Origin: an uncultured Acidobacteriota bacterium
Lineage (GTDB): Bacteria; Acidobacteriota; JAQAZP01
NCBI GenBank assembly: GCA_963836075.1
Contig: CAWIIB010000009.1
Span: 800,001-864,000 of the forward strand
Direction of reading: 5' to 3'
DNA length: 64,000 bases
Numbering within the stretch: position 1 is the stretch's first letter; every line of letters starts with the position of its first letter. This document shows positions 11,012 to 21,265 of the stretch, one piece after another. Both the position numbers and the translations under genes were made by a program. The notes beneath the pieces are model-generated. The model was not told the origin of the DNA. It ran no database searches and saw nothing but the letters and a program-made list of their open reading frames with translations.

Positions 11012-11040
11012 TTGACCCGGCAGCGGCTTCTCCCTATCCT
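11012..11040 (+). promoter_or_regulatory. Putative sigma70 promoter
   Basis: TTGACC-17 nt-TATCCT, ~45 bp upstream of the metallophosphoesterase. Confidence 0.5.
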
Positions 11041-11086
11041 TCGCAAAGACAGGCCAACGAGGCTTGCATTCTCCGGAGACTACTGA

Positions 11087-11959
11087 GTGGCAGACCACAA
11101 TCCAACCTGCTTCTTCGTCACCGACCTGCACGGGTCTGCGCACCTCTACAAGGCACTGTTTCGCCTGCTGGAAGCAGAGCGGCCGTGGGCACTCTTCATA
11201 GGCGGCGACCTGCTACCCCATGGCTTCACCGCCATCACCGAATCGGGCACCGACGACTTCGTCGAAGAAACTCTGTGCGCCGGTTTTCGGCGGCTGCATA
11301 GCGAGCTGGGCGATAAAGCGCCAAAAGTCTTCCTCATCCTCGGCAACGACGATGGCAGGATGGAAGAAGAGACGATCCGGGCCGGCGAGGCCGAGGGCCT
11401 CTGGCACTATATCCACGGGCGGCGGGTCGAGCTGGGTGAGCACCCGGTCTACGGGTACGCCTACGTTCCCCCCACACCATTCATGCTCAAGGACTGGGAG
11501 CGCTACGACGTCTCCCGCTTTGTCGACGTGGGCTGCGTCTCCCCGGAGAATGGCCAGCGGTCAGTGCCGGTGCCGGCGAACGTGGTCCGCTACGGGACCA
11601 TCGCCGAAGACTTGAACCAGCTCACCGGCGAGGACGACCTGAGTCGAGCCGTGATGCTGTTTCACACGCCGCCCTACCAGACGGCGCTCGATCGGGCCGG
11701 GCTCGACGGCAAGATGGTGGATCACGTGCCGCTGGACGTGCACGTGGGCTCCATGGCAGTGCGCCGGTTCATCGAGGCGCGTCAGCCGCTGCTCACGCTG
11801 CACGGCCACATCCACGAATCGGCGAGGATCACCGGAAGCTGGCAGGAGCGGATCGGGGAGACGCTCTGTCTCAGCGCGGCCCACGACGGGCCGGAGCTGG
11901 CGGTGGTGAGTTTTGGGCTGGATGATTTGGTGGGGACGGTGAAGAGGCGGTTGCTCTAG
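11087..11959 (+). CDS. Metallophosphoesterase (calcineurin-like, Icc-related)
   Basis: DLHG, GGDL, GNDD, HTPP, HVGS and LHGHIHES motifs. Confidence 0.9.
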   Translation: MADHNPTCFFVTDLHGSAHLYKALFRLLEAERPWALFIGGDLLPHGFTAITESGTDDFVEETLCAGFRRLHSELGDKAPKVFLILGNDDGRMEEETIRAGEAEGLWHYIHGRRVELGEHPVYGYAYVPPTPFMLKDWERYDVSRFVDVGCVSPENGQRSVPVPANVVRYGTIAEDLNQLTGEDDLSRAVMLFHTPPYQTALDRAGLDGKMVDHVPLDVHVGSMAVRRFIEARQPLLTLHGHIHESARITGSWQERIGETLCLSAAHDGPELAVVSFGLDDLVGTVKRRLL

Positions 11960-11960
11960 G

Positions 11961-12004
11961 CAGAAAAAGGTGACAGGCACAAAGCTGCCAGTCACCCTTT
12001 TCTG
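11961..12004. repeat. GGTGAC-type palindrome between convergent genes (possible bidirectional terminator); core repeated at 20723-20747
   Basis: cagaaaaaggtgacaggcacaaagctgccagtcacccttttctg; gacaggcacaaagctgccagtcacc also occurs at ~20723. Confidence 0.7.
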
Positions 12005-12028
12005 CCAGTCACCAAGGCGTGACAGTCC

Positions 12029-15000
12029 CTATCCGCTGATAACTAACGGCCGCGCAGCATCGGTCACCGCGCCGATCTTTGAGGCATAGCTGGTCTTCTT
12101 CTCCACGTCCTGATCGGTGACGAAGTGCACGTCGAGGAGGCCCTCCGAGCGGTAGCCGGTGCGCAGGTAGTTCAGCTCGGCGAGACAGAGGCTCCAGCCC
12201 TCGAGCCAGCGTTCCAGCGCCTCGTGCTGCTCCCGGTCCCCCCTGACGTGCACCAGCAGGTCGATGTCGCTGCCCGGGCCGGCGGTGGCGTTCTTCACGC
12301 TGCCGAAGACGTAGACTCCCACCACGCCGAACCGTGCGGCATCGATGGTGGCGGCGATCCGCTCGGCCATCTGCAGCCGCCAGCGCCAGAACTCCTCCCG
12401 TTCGCGTCCCGGCACCACTTCGGTGGTGCTGATCTCCTCGGGCAGGGTGCTCGGTTCCACCAGCACGCCGAGGGCCTCGTCCAGGTCGGCATTCATCAGC
12501 AGGTTGAACACTCGGCCGTCGGCCGCGGCCGACACGTCGATCAGGCGGATCACCCCGGCCAGGTCGGCATACTCCGGCACCAGCTCGGGCAGGATGTTGT
12601 TGGCCCCCAGCAGGAACCGCTCGTTGAACTCGATGTTCTCGTCGTCGGGGTAGAGCGGCAGGTAGCGGATGTTGGCCTCCACCAGGTCCTGGAAGAAGTG
12701 GGTGCCGAAGGAGAGGTCGGGCACGTAGTTGCCCTTCTTGCGGGCCACCTCGATCAGCAGCCGCGGTGTTGTTGATGTCCGAGTAGGTGACGTTGACCCC
12801 GAGCTTGATGTCCCCCCGGCTGCCCCAGCGGCCGGGGCCGATGAGCACGAACTGCTGCTTGGGCAGCAGCTTGTTCAGCCGGCCCACGGCCCGGCCCACC
12901 CGCAGCAGGTCGGCGTTGTCGGACAGCGCGGCGTAACCCGCCGGGTCGACGTAGACCAGGTGGGTGATGTTGCGCAGGCAGCCGTTGGTCACGTAACGGT
13001 TGGCGGAGAAGATGATCCGCTCCTGGGGCAGGTCGCGGGGGATCGGCGCCGGTTTGTCCTCGGCCGAGTAGCTCTGGGGCCGGCACTGCAGCAGGTAAAA
13101 GTCCTTACCGTCGCTGGCGAACTCGATGTCCACCGGCGTGCCCAGGGTCTCCTTCAGCGTGTCGAGGATCGACTTCACCTGCTCGACGAAGCGAGTGTTG
13201 CCGGAGAGCCCGGCAAAGGTGGCGGTGTATTCGCCCTGCTCGCCGCCCAGCGCCAGACCCATGGGCGCCTGCAGGTGGCCGTCGGAATAGACCGACACCA
13301 CGTGCTCGAAGCCGGGGATCTTGTGTCCCCACTTCTTGAAGAAGCTCTCCAGGTCGATGGTCTCGAAACTGTTGGTTTCGAGGTTGATCACATCCAGATT
13401 CTTGGGTGAATAGCGGACCATCTCGTCCGGGCTGATGTTGACCCGCAGGCCCGGTTGGCCCGGGGCGATGAGGATCGGGTAGTCGTCGCTCAACCGGTCC
13501 ACCGCCCGGGTGCCCAGGCCGGGGACCAGCCGGATCAGGCCGTCGTCCCGCTTGATCCGCGGCGACCAGCGGAACTCGTTGTTGCTGAAGGCCACGCCGG
13601 CAAAGGTGGGCAGGAAGTAGGGGCCGATCTTCGTCCCCACCACCTCCTGGAGCATGATCCCCATCTCCTCGCCAAAGTCGATCAGGCCCCGCTCCACGCG
13701 GTACTCGATGGGGTCGGGGCCGAAGGTCGAGGCATAGACTTCGGCGATGGCCATCATCAGCGCCTCGAGACGCTCGCGCTTGCTGCCCTGGTTGGCGAGG
13801 AAGAGGCTCTTGTACTTGCCGGAGAAGGCCGCGCCCATCCGGTCCTCCAGCAGGCTCGAGCTGCGCACGATCAGCGGGCTGTCGCCGAAGTCGTCCAGCG
13901 CCGCGGAGAGGCCGTTGATGATCTCCGCCGGGAAGTGGCCGGCCTTGAAGCTCTGGCGGATGTGGGGGTACTCCATGCGGACCTGGTTCAGGTCCTTGTA
14001 TTTCTGCTCCACCACCCCGCCGAAGTTGTTGAAGTGCATGAAGTCGAGCACCACGTCGGAAGTGATGTACCAGGTCTTGGGCACCTTGACGTCCTTCAGC
14101 ACCTCCTGCCCGGCGCTCTTCTCCTCCAGGATCCGCTGGGCCAGGCAGACGCCGGCGCTCTTGCCGCCGAGCTTGCCGTGGCTCTCCCCGCTGAAGATCA
14201 CGTTCTTCAGCAGGTCGTGGAAATCGTGGGGGTCGAAGAACCCCTTGGCCACGTTGATGTACTCCAGCTGATCGCTGAGGAAGCGCCGCACCAGCGAGAC
14301 GGTGATGCCGATGGTGTGCGAGTCGGACATGCGGAACTCGTCGGGGGAGAGGTGGTGGTAGCGGCGCAGCGCGTCGGCCACCTCGGCCAGCGAGAGGTTG
14401 CGGTTGACCACCCGGGAGAGGAAGCTCAGCTTGTCCTCCACCATCCACTTCTGGATCAGGTTGAGGATGGTCCCCGGGTCGAAGTGCCGCACGGCGACGG
14501 AGAAGACCCGTTCGATCAGCTCCGGGGTGATCTCCCGCGCCGCCTGGCCGTCCGACTGGTTCCAGTCCTCGGCCGCCTCGCCCTCGGCCCGGTCGGCGGC
14601 ATGGGGCGAGAGGGACTGCAGCAGCTCTTCGGCCTCGCCCACGCCGTTCCAGCAGAGGTGGTTGAGCATCTTGCGCGAGACGGTGAAGTAAAGGGCGCGG
14701 TCGGCCTGCTTGAGCATCTGCAGCGCCACCCGCCACTCCTGGGGGCCGTTTTCCCCGGACTCGCTGCGTGCACTGTCCAGCTCCTGGAGCAGCGCTCGCA
14801 TCCGCTGGTGGTTGATGAAGTGTCCCAACCGCTCGGCAACCGTTGTGATCAGCTTGGTCTCTTCTTCGAGAAACGGGCCGTCCTGCTCCGGCGGCATCTT
14901 CTTCGTGTAGACCACGCTGATCCGGCCGATGGGCGCTTCCTGGACCAGCACCTCGGCATGCTGGATCCAGGGCGTGGTCCTGAAACCGGGCGTGCGGTAA

Positions 15001-15209
15001 CTTTCGCCCTCGATGGTCAGCTCCGCCTCGCAGACGTCGGGATACTGCCAGTGGGGCGGCAGCGCTTCGACGATGCGCGGGCCGATGCCGGCCAGCGGTT
15101 CGTCGGGACGGCTGAGGATTTCCTCCACGAGGTAGAGGCAGTTCAGCTCCTTGGCCCGTTCCTGGAGCGCCTGGAGCAGCAGGTCCATCGACTTCTTCGA
15201 ATCTTTCAC
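12029..15209 (-). CDS. PEP-synthase/PPDK-like ATP-grasp (PEP/pyruvate-binding domain) protein with N-terminal GAF-like and C-terminal nucleotidyltransferase domains; frameshift near 12760
   Basis: GKLGGKSAG, IVRSSSLLED, AFSGKYKS, LGTRAVD, PVDIEFA, LLQCRP and GPGRWGS. Continues in 12029..12748 with SFGTHFF and YVFGSVKN..AGPGSDIDLLV. GTG start overlaps the upstream TGA. Confidence 0.85.
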
Positions 15210-16972
15210 CGCAGGATGACTCCTCTTCCGCTTTTGCCGTCCACCTTGACGGTGAGCGGATCGCTCAGCTGCACGTGCCGCACATACTCGGTGCCGCCGG
15301 CCTCCGGGATGCTGTTCAGCCAGTCCCAGTCTATGGCAAGGGGCCCGTCGTGGCGGACCGAAAAATAGAGCACCTGGAAGCTGGTCATGTTGTGAAAGAA
15401 ATGGGCTCCCTGGCTCATCTCCTTGTTCATCTCCGGGAGGGTCGCCTCGACGATGACCTTGGCGCCGGAGATCTGGCCCCACTCCACCGGGATGCCGAGC
15501 CAGGGGTCGGAACTTCCCCAGCGGCCGAAGCCGATCAGCAGGTAGGGCCGTCCCTCGGCCTGCAGTCTCCGGTTGATCCCGGCCAGCTGGCCGGCGATGA
15601 CCGGGGTGTGCTTGGCCTCGAAGATTTCCGGCCGGACAAAGACGATGTCGCGCAGCGTGTCCACCACCCCGTTGCCCATGGTCTTTTCCGAGGCGGCCAG
15701 CACCTGGTCCCCGTCCAGCTCGGCGTCTTCCAGCTCCACCCTTTCGTGGGAGACCACCATCGGCCGCACCTGGAGGAAACCGAACTGCAGCGGGTCGCCG
15801 GGCCGTTCACCCAGCGTCACCGCAAACTCCATCTCCACCTCGCAGCCCACCGCCTCCTCGCAGAGCCTCAGCAGCCTGGTCACCAGGTCGTTCAGCGGCA
15901 GGACCTTGCCGTCGAGGATCGGGGCAAAGGTCAGCGCCCGCGCCCCGTTTCGGCCGGTGCCCATCACCATCCGGTCATTGGGGGCGTCGTAGGTGGAGAC
16001 CAGCTTGTCCAGCGTCTCGTCCTCTTCGGCGTCGGCCAGGGTGCCCTCGCAGAGGTATTCCGCTTCCTTGATCGGGTCGTATTCCGGCGGCTTGCCCATG
16101 TTCACCGCCCAGAACGACTGCTGGGTCAGCTTGAGCAACTCGGACGGCGACCCCACCGGCGGGGTCACCGCCGGCCATTTCGGCGAGTAGCTCCAGCAGA
16201 TGCCGCCGTCGACGATGGTCTTGCCCAGGCCCAGGGCCAGGTCCACCACACCCTCCTCGGGGCGTGCGCGCCCCACCGGGTAGTAGTTGTACGACCGGGC
16301 CACGCCGGAGAGATGCGGGTAGAAGCGGTCATCATGCCGCCGGCCCACCACCTCCTGGATGATCAGCGCCATCTTCTCGTCGGCCGGAGTCCGCCCGGTG
16401 AGCGCCACGTATTCCCGGGCCCCGCGGAAGAAGGTGGCGGCATAACAGAACTTGATCGCCTCCACCAGCTTGCGGAAGCGGCTGTCCACGTCGTGCTGGT
16501 TGTTGGGGATCATTTTGGTGGCATAGACGCCGGCGAACGGCTCGTACATCGCGTCTTCCAGGCGGCTCGACGAGCGCACGGCCAGGGGCGAGGTTACCGC
16601 GGCGATCAGCGCCCGCAGGCTGCCCACGTCCTCTGCCGGCAGTACCGCCTGCTGAAAACGGTGGGCGATGCGGTCATCCGGCATCCCGTCGAAGTCGAGG
16701 TCGAGGAGGTCGTTGCGCTCCATGAAGCGGTCGAAGAGATCTGTTCCGAGAACCACGAAGCGGGGGATGTGCAGTTCCACGCCATCCACCGGGGTCTCCG
16801 ACGAAAACCGCGTCAGCGCCTGCTCGATAAAGGCCAGGCCGGCGGCCTTGCCCCCGATGGCGCCGTCGCCGATCCGCATCGCCCGGTGCTGTGACCCGTA
16901 GAAGTCCCGGTCGAAGAGTGCCACCGCTTCGGGATCGACGGTAATCCGCTTTTCGTTTTTGATCTCGTTCAT
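15206..16972 (-). CDS. PEP-synthase/PPDK-like ATP-grasp (PEP/pyruvate-binding domain) protein
   Basis: IGGKAAGL, LAVRSSSRLED, PFAGVYAT, ALGLGKTIV, EVEMEFA, FLQVRPM, GFGRWGS, SQGAHFF. Confidence 0.88.
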   Translation of the reverse strand: MNEIKNEKRITVDPEAVALFDRDFYGSQHRAMRIGDGAIGGKAAGLAFIEQALTRFSSETPVDGVELHIPRFVVLGTDLFDRFMERNDLLDLDFDGMPDDRIAHRFQQAVLPAEDVGSLRALIAAVTSPLAVRSSSRLEDAMYEPFAGVYATKMIPNNQHDVDSRFRKLVEAIKFCYAATFFRGAREYVALTGRTPADEKMALIIQEVVGRRHDDRFYPHLSGVARSYNYYPVGRARPEEGVVDLALGLGKTIVDGGICWSYSPKWPAVTPPVGSPSELLKLTQQSFWAVNMGKPPEYDPIKEAEYLCEGTLADAEEDETLDKLVSTYDAPNDRMVMGTGRNGARALTFAPILDGKVLPLNDLVTRLLRLCEEAVGCEVEMEFAVTLGERPGDPLQFGFLQVRPMVVSHERVELEDAELDGDQVLAASEKTMGNGVVDTLRDIVFVRPEIFEAKHTPVIAGQLAGINRRLQAEGRPYLLIGFGRWGSSDPWLGIPVEWGQISGAKVIVEATLPEMNKEMSQGAHFFHNMTSFQVLYFSVRHDGPLAIDWDWLNSIPEAGGTEYVRHVQLSDPLTVKVDGKSGRGVILR

Positions 16973-17049
16973 CGCCCGGCCTCCCGCCGGCTCCTCCTGT
17001 CATCGCGAGGAGCGGGTGCAGCCCCATATCTCTTGAGGAATAAGTCCTC

Positions 17050-17158
17050 CTGTCATCGCGAGGAGCCGTCGAAGACGGTGACGTGGCGATCTCTCTTTGT
17101 TCAACCGTGAAGAAGAGATTGCTTCGTCGACGACTGCGTCGTCTCCTCGCAATGACAG
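17050..17158. repeat. GTCATCGCGAGGAGC...CTCGCAATGAC palindromic intergenic element; partial copy at 16998-17014
   Basis: Terminal inverted repeats ctgtcatcgcgaggag / ctcctcgcaatgacag with internal gacgtggcgatctc and gagattgcttcg. Confidence 0.75.
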
Positions 17159-17169
17159 TTGAGCCCAAG

Positions 17170-17240
17170 ATGGGGACAGTTACCTGGCCTAGCAACCTGT
17201 TGATTCCATTGATCTTGAATCAGCGGGTAGCTGTCCCCAT
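17170..17240. repeat. GGGGAC-ended palindromic element
   Basis: atggggacagttacctg ... cgggtagctgtccccat. Confidence 0.7.
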
Positions 17241-17246
17241 TCTTAA

Positions 17247-18533
17247 TTACAGCCAGCCGCGATTCTTGCAGGCCTGCGCCACGCGGGAAACCGAAATCAT
17301 GTAGGCGGCGTCGCGCATGTGCAGTTCCCTGGTTTTCGCCAGCTCGCTCACCGCGATGAAGGCCGAAGTCATTTTCTGGTCGAGCTTGCCCAGCACCTCA
17401 TCGCGCTCCCAGTAGTAGTTCATGTTGCTCTGCACCTGCTCGAAGTAGGAGCAGGTCACCCCGCCGGCATTGGCCAGGAAGTCGGGGATGAGGAAGATCC
17501 CGCGCTTCTCGATCTCGGTGTCCGCTTCCGGGGTGGTGGGGCCGTTGGCCCCCTCGGCGATCAGCTTGACCCGCGAGTGGATCTTGCCGGCGTTCTCGCC
17601 GGTGATCTGGTTCTCCAGGGCGGCCGGGATCAGCACGTCGGCTTCCTGGACCAGCCAGTCGTCACCCGGCAGCAGTTCGTACCCCAGGTCGCGGGCCTTG
17701 TCTTTGTCGATGCCGCCGAAGCGGTTGGTGATCCCCAGCAGCTCGTCGAGGTCGATGCCGCCTACCTTGCGGAAGGCGTAGGAGACCTGGTCATCCTGGT
17801 CCCAGCTGGACACGCAGGTCACCGTGCCGCCGATCTGCTGAAAGAGGCGGATGGCGTACTGGCTCACGTTGCCGAAGCCCTGGACGCTGGCCACCGAGCC
17901 CTTTGCCTTGAGCCCCAGCTGGCGAAGCGCCTCGCGGATGGTGAAGACGACGCCGAACCCGGTGGCTTCGGTGCGCCCGAGGGAGCCGCCCATGCCCACC
18001 GGCTTGCCGGTGATGAACCCGGGGTAGTGGCCGCCGTGGATCGTCTCATACTCGTCGAGCATCCAGAGCATGTGCTGGGCGGTGGTCATCACGTCGGGGG
18101 CCGGCACGTCGCTGAGCGGCCCGACGTTGCGGCTGATCTGCCGGACCCAGCCGCGGCAGATCAGTTCCTGCTCGCGCTCGCTGAGGTTGTGCGGGTCGCA
18201 GATCACGCCGCCCTTGCCGCCGCCCAGTGGGATCTCCACCACCGCGCACTTCCAGGTCATCCACATCGACAGGGCGCGGACCGTGTCCACCGTCTCCTGG
18301 GGATGGAAGCGGATGCCGCCCTTGCAGGGGCCGAGGGCGTCGTTGTGCTGGACGCGGAAGCCGCGGAACACCTGCACCTCGCCGTTGTCCATGCGCACCG
18401 GGATGCTGAAGTGGTATTCCCGCATCGGGTTGCGCAGCAGCTCGCGGGCGCCGTGGTTCAGCTTGAGCATCTCGGCGGTCTCGTCGAACTGTTGCTGGGC
18501 CATCTTGAACGCGTTGAACGATTTGTCAGCCAT
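17247..18533 (-). CDS. gdhA: Glu/Leu/Phe/Val dehydrogenase (glutamate dehydrogenase type)
   Basis: [73 protein letters not shown] at 18533 follows AAGGAG. Confidence 0.93.
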   Translation of the reverse strand: MADKSFNAFKMAQQQFDETAEMLKLNHGARELLRNPMREYHFSIPVRMDNGEVQVFRGFRVQHNDALGPCKGGIRFHPQETVDTVRALSMWMTWKCAVVEIPLGGGKGGVICDPHNLSEREQELICRGWVRQISRNVGPLSDVPAPDVMTTAQHMLWMLDEYETIHGGHYPGFITGKPVGMGGSLGRTEATGFGVVFTIREALRQLGLKAKGSVASVQGFGNVSQYAIRLFQQIGGTVTCVSSWDQDDQVSYAFRKVGGIDLDELLGITNRFGGIDKDKARDLGYELLPGDDWLVQEADVLIPAALENQITGENAGKIHSRVKLIAEGANGPTTPEADTEIEKRGIFLIPDFLANAGGVTCSYFEQVQSNMNYYWERDEVLGKLDQKMTSAFIAVSELAKTRELHMRDAAYMISVSRVAQACKNRGWL

Positions 18534-18668
18534 GGAACACTCCTTTTTATGTATCCTTGCGGCGCCCTGATGAGCCGCCTCCGTGATCGCAGGATGCCCG
18601 GGTCGCACAATAACCGCCTATAAATGCACCTGATGCCGGCGGGTCCCCCCCAGGGGACGCGGACACCA

Positions 18669-18968
18669 TCAGTCAGGCTCGCCCTGGTATTCCTCGCAGT
18701 GCCATACCCCTGTCTCCGATTCCGCCTTGCTGCACTCTAATCGTTTGACGCAGTCGACGCAAAGCCCCTTGAAATCATCGGCCTCACCATTACCGCCTCC
18801 ATCGACCGACCGCTCGGCCGGAGCCATGACTTCACGCTTCACCGGTTCCTCGATAATCTCGAACAGATCGCAGAACTGGACCGGCCGGAAGGCATTCAGC
18901 GCACCCCGGCAGGTGCGGGCGTGGATGCAGGTTGAGCAGATACCGTAAAAAACCACCGGTTCGGCCAT
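18669..18968 (-). CDS. Small Cys-rich hypothetical protein with two CxxC-x5-C...C repeats
   Basis: GICSTCIHARTC...FCDLF and GLCVDCVKRLEC...WHCEEY; first gene after the sigma54 promoter. Confidence 0.75.
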   Translation of the reverse strand: MAEPVVFYGICSTCIHARTCRGALNAFRPVQFCDLFEIIEEPVKREVMAPAERSVDGGGNGEADDFKGLCVDCVKRLECSKAESETGVWHCEEYQGEPD

Positions 18969-19050
18969 TGTTCTATTCCCTTTCAAGGCATGGTGCCGGG
19001 GGCCGTCCCCCGGCACCGGCTCGAACATTCACGATCCGGCAGCAGTAAAG

Positions 19051-19066
19051 AGCAAGCCCCGTGCCA
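19051..19066 (-). promoter_or_regulatory. Sigma54 (-24/-12) promoter
   Basis: Minus strand TGGCACggggcTTGCT matches the consensus TGGCAC-N5-TTGC. Confidence 0.8.
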
Positions 19067-19227
19067 CCTCTCCGGGAGGGGGGATTTGAGCATGATGGGC
19101 GGATCGGGGGATGGAGGTGTGTCCGTTATCCCGCTATTTTTGAATAGATTGGATGAGTGACAGGGGGAAGGACTTGGGGAGGGTCATGGCCGATGAGCTC
19201 GATCCGTTCGCCCCGGTGGTCGATGGG

Positions 19228-19270
19228 CGTACGGGGAGTTTCACCCCACCGGGGAGAAATGCCCCGTACG
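19228..19270. promoter_or_regulatory. Inverted repeat: candidate enhancer for the sigma54 promoter, or terminator of the redoxin genes
   Basis: cgtacggggagtttcacccc-acc-ggggagaaatgccccgtacg, ~160-200 bp upstream of the -24 box. Confidence 0.4.
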
Positions 19271-19347
19271 CCGGCGGAGAGCCTGGGAGTGGTTTCAGAA
19301 CCTCAGCTATCGGGCCTCAGATGAGGTTATGTAGATCACCTCCTGAG

Positions 19348-19944
19348 TTACCGGAATTTAATGCTGCAGCCCACGGCCTTGGTCTGTGCCGGGTCGATCT
19401 TCTCACCGGCCAGCATGGCGTCCATGGCGTTCTTCAACCAGATGTCGCCGCCGCTCGGTTTCCGGCCACCATCACCAACGGCGCCCTGGTAGACGAGCTT
19501 GCCCTCGGCGTTGAAGAGGAAAACATCGGGCGTTTTCAGGGCGCCGAAGTTTTTCGCCACACCGGACGTGGCGTCGACCACGAAGGGAAACCCGTACTTT
19601 TCCTCCTTGGCCATGGCCTGCATCTTTTCGAAGGTGTCGCCGGCAACGGCGGGGTCGTTGGAGTTGACGAACACCACGCCGATGCCCTTCTTTGTGTAAG
19701 TGTTGCCCAGCTCGACCATGACGTCCTGCCAGCCGATGACAAACGGGCAGTGGTAGCTGGAGAAGATGACCAGCGTGCCCTTTTCGCCTTTGATGTCGTT
19801 TAGCGAGAGCATCTTTCCGTCGACGTTCTTCATTTTCACGTCGGTATCGACAATGGGATCACCGATGCCAATGCCGGCTGTTGCGGCGGCCACAGCGAAG
19901 ATGGTGATGAACAGGGTTGTTGCGGTCAGACGTTGCAGTTTCAT
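19348..19944 (-). CDS. Secreted AhpC/TSA-family redoxin
   Basis: Signal peptide, KGTLVIFSSYHCPFV, VNSND, FPFVVD, GALKTPDVF, VGCSIK. Confidence 0.88.
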   Translation of the reverse strand: MKLQRLTATTLFITIFAVAAATAGIGIGDPIVDTDVKMKNVDGKMLSLNDIKGEKGTLVIFSSYHCPFVIGWQDVMVELGNTYTKKGIGVVFVNSNDPAVAGDTFEKMQAMAKEEKYGFPFVVDATSGVAKNFGALKTPDVFLFNAEGKLVYQGAVGDGGRKPSGGDIWLKNAMDAMLAGEKIDPAQTKAVGCSIKFR

Positions 19945-19962
19945 GAGGTGGACTCCTAAGGT

Positions 19963-20454
19963 TTAGTTCAAAAGGGTTTCGAGTTGTTCGGCATAGTCTT
20001 CATAGGGACGCTTTCCCTCCCACTCGTGGAGCAGCTTCCCGTCCGCGTAGAAGAAGGAGGCCGGCAATGAACCGGCCCAGTTCGGGGAAAGCGTTTCGAT
20101 GAAGTCCTGGCTGAGATCGGTGGAGACGATGCTGCCCACCGGGCAGTTCTGTTTCAGCAGAAATTTCTCCACCGGCTCGAGCTCGTCGGGATCGTCGCCC
20201 GAGACCAGGATCAGTTCCAGGCCTCGTCCTTCGAATTGCGTGTGGACCTTCATCAGCTCGGGGAATTCGGCTATACACGGCACGCACCAGGTGGCCCAGA
20301 CATGAACCAGGACGACCGGCGCGGTGGACGTTTCGATTCTGGTCTTGATCTCGGCTGGCGTGGCGACCGTTACTTCCGGTGGACCGGGAGCACAGGAAAC
20401 CAGCGCTGCCAGCAGAAGAATTCCAATCACTGGAATTGGGTAATACCTGGTCAT
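19963..20454 (-). CDS. TlpA-like thiol-disulfide oxidoreductase lipoprotein
   Basis: Lipobox LVSC and WATWCVPCIAEFP. Confidence 0.88.
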   Translation of the reverse strand: MTRYYPIPVIGILLLAALVSCAPGPPEVTVATPAEIKTRIETSTAPVVLVHVWATWCVPCIAEFPELMKVHTQFEGRGLELILVSGDDPDELEPVEKFLLKQNCPVGSIVSTDLSQDFIETLSPNWAGSLPASFFYADGKLLHEWEGKRPYEDYAEQLETLLN

Positions 20455-20790
20455 CGGCGGTCTCCACCTCCTTCACCTCGGCGCTGCTGCGTTTTTATCT
20501 CATCATTCGTTCGTAGTTGATGACTTCCACATATTACATACTCTGAGCATTCTCGAGACGTGCAATCGCAACGTGAAATAGTGGACAGATCCTCATCAGC
20601 CTGCAATTACTCAGGGAATTGAAGGTTCCGGCCGAACGACAGGCGGGAAAGTAAAGCTCACGAGCATCATTTGGCATGGGCAGGGAGGGGCGTAAGATCC
20701 GCAAGTGCCTGGGACTAGAGGGGACAGGCACAAAGCTGCCAGTCACCCCCGGGCGGCCCCGTCCCGGCCCCATCCACCAGTAAAATCAGC

Positions 20791-20819
20791 TTGCCCGCAG
20801 GGGCTGTCTTTGATAGACT
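20791..20819 (+). promoter_or_regulatory. Putative sigma70 promoter of the ArsR operon
   Basis: TTGCCC-17 nt-TAGACT, followed by an AT-rich imperfect palindrome (candidate ArsR/SmtB operator). Confidence 0.5.
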
Positions 20820-20872
20820 CCGCTATTCCACGATGTCATGTAATCATTTATTGATGTAGAAAGGATACCCCC

Positions 20873-21259
20873 ATGGCCACCGTCCCAACAACCACAGCGG
20901 ATATGAAGGTATGTCCCGAGCGGGAGCCGTTGTCCCGTCGGCCCCTGCTGACGGAGAGCCAGGCGGGCGAGCTCGAATCACTGTTCAAGGTTCTGGGAAA
21001 TCGCCATCGCGTGCGGCTGGTGCACACCCTGGTCAGGGCCGGGGAGATGTGCGTCGGCGACCTGGCAAAAGCCATCGATATGCAGACACAGGCGGTGTCG
21101 AACCAGCTGAAGCACCTGGCCATGCTCGACGTGGTGGTGGCCCGGCGCGATGGGAACAACGTCTACTACAGCGTCATCGACAACTGCGTCATCACCATGA
21201 TCGAGCGGGGCCTCTGTCTGCTGGCCTGCGCCTCCGAAAGTGATCGGGAGAGGGGTTAG
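20873..21259 (+). CDS. ArsR/SmtB family transcriptional regulator
   Basis: LFKVLGNRHRVRLV, EMCVGDLA, QAVSNQLKHL, VVARRDGNNVYYS. Confidence 0.9.
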   Translation: MATVPTTTADMKVCPEREPLSRRPLLTESQAGELESLFKVLGNRHRVRLVHTLVRAGEMCVGDLAKAIDMQTQAVSNQLKHLAMLDVVVARRDGNNVYYSVIDNCVITMIERGLCLLACASESDRERG

Positions 21260-21265
21260 GAAGCC

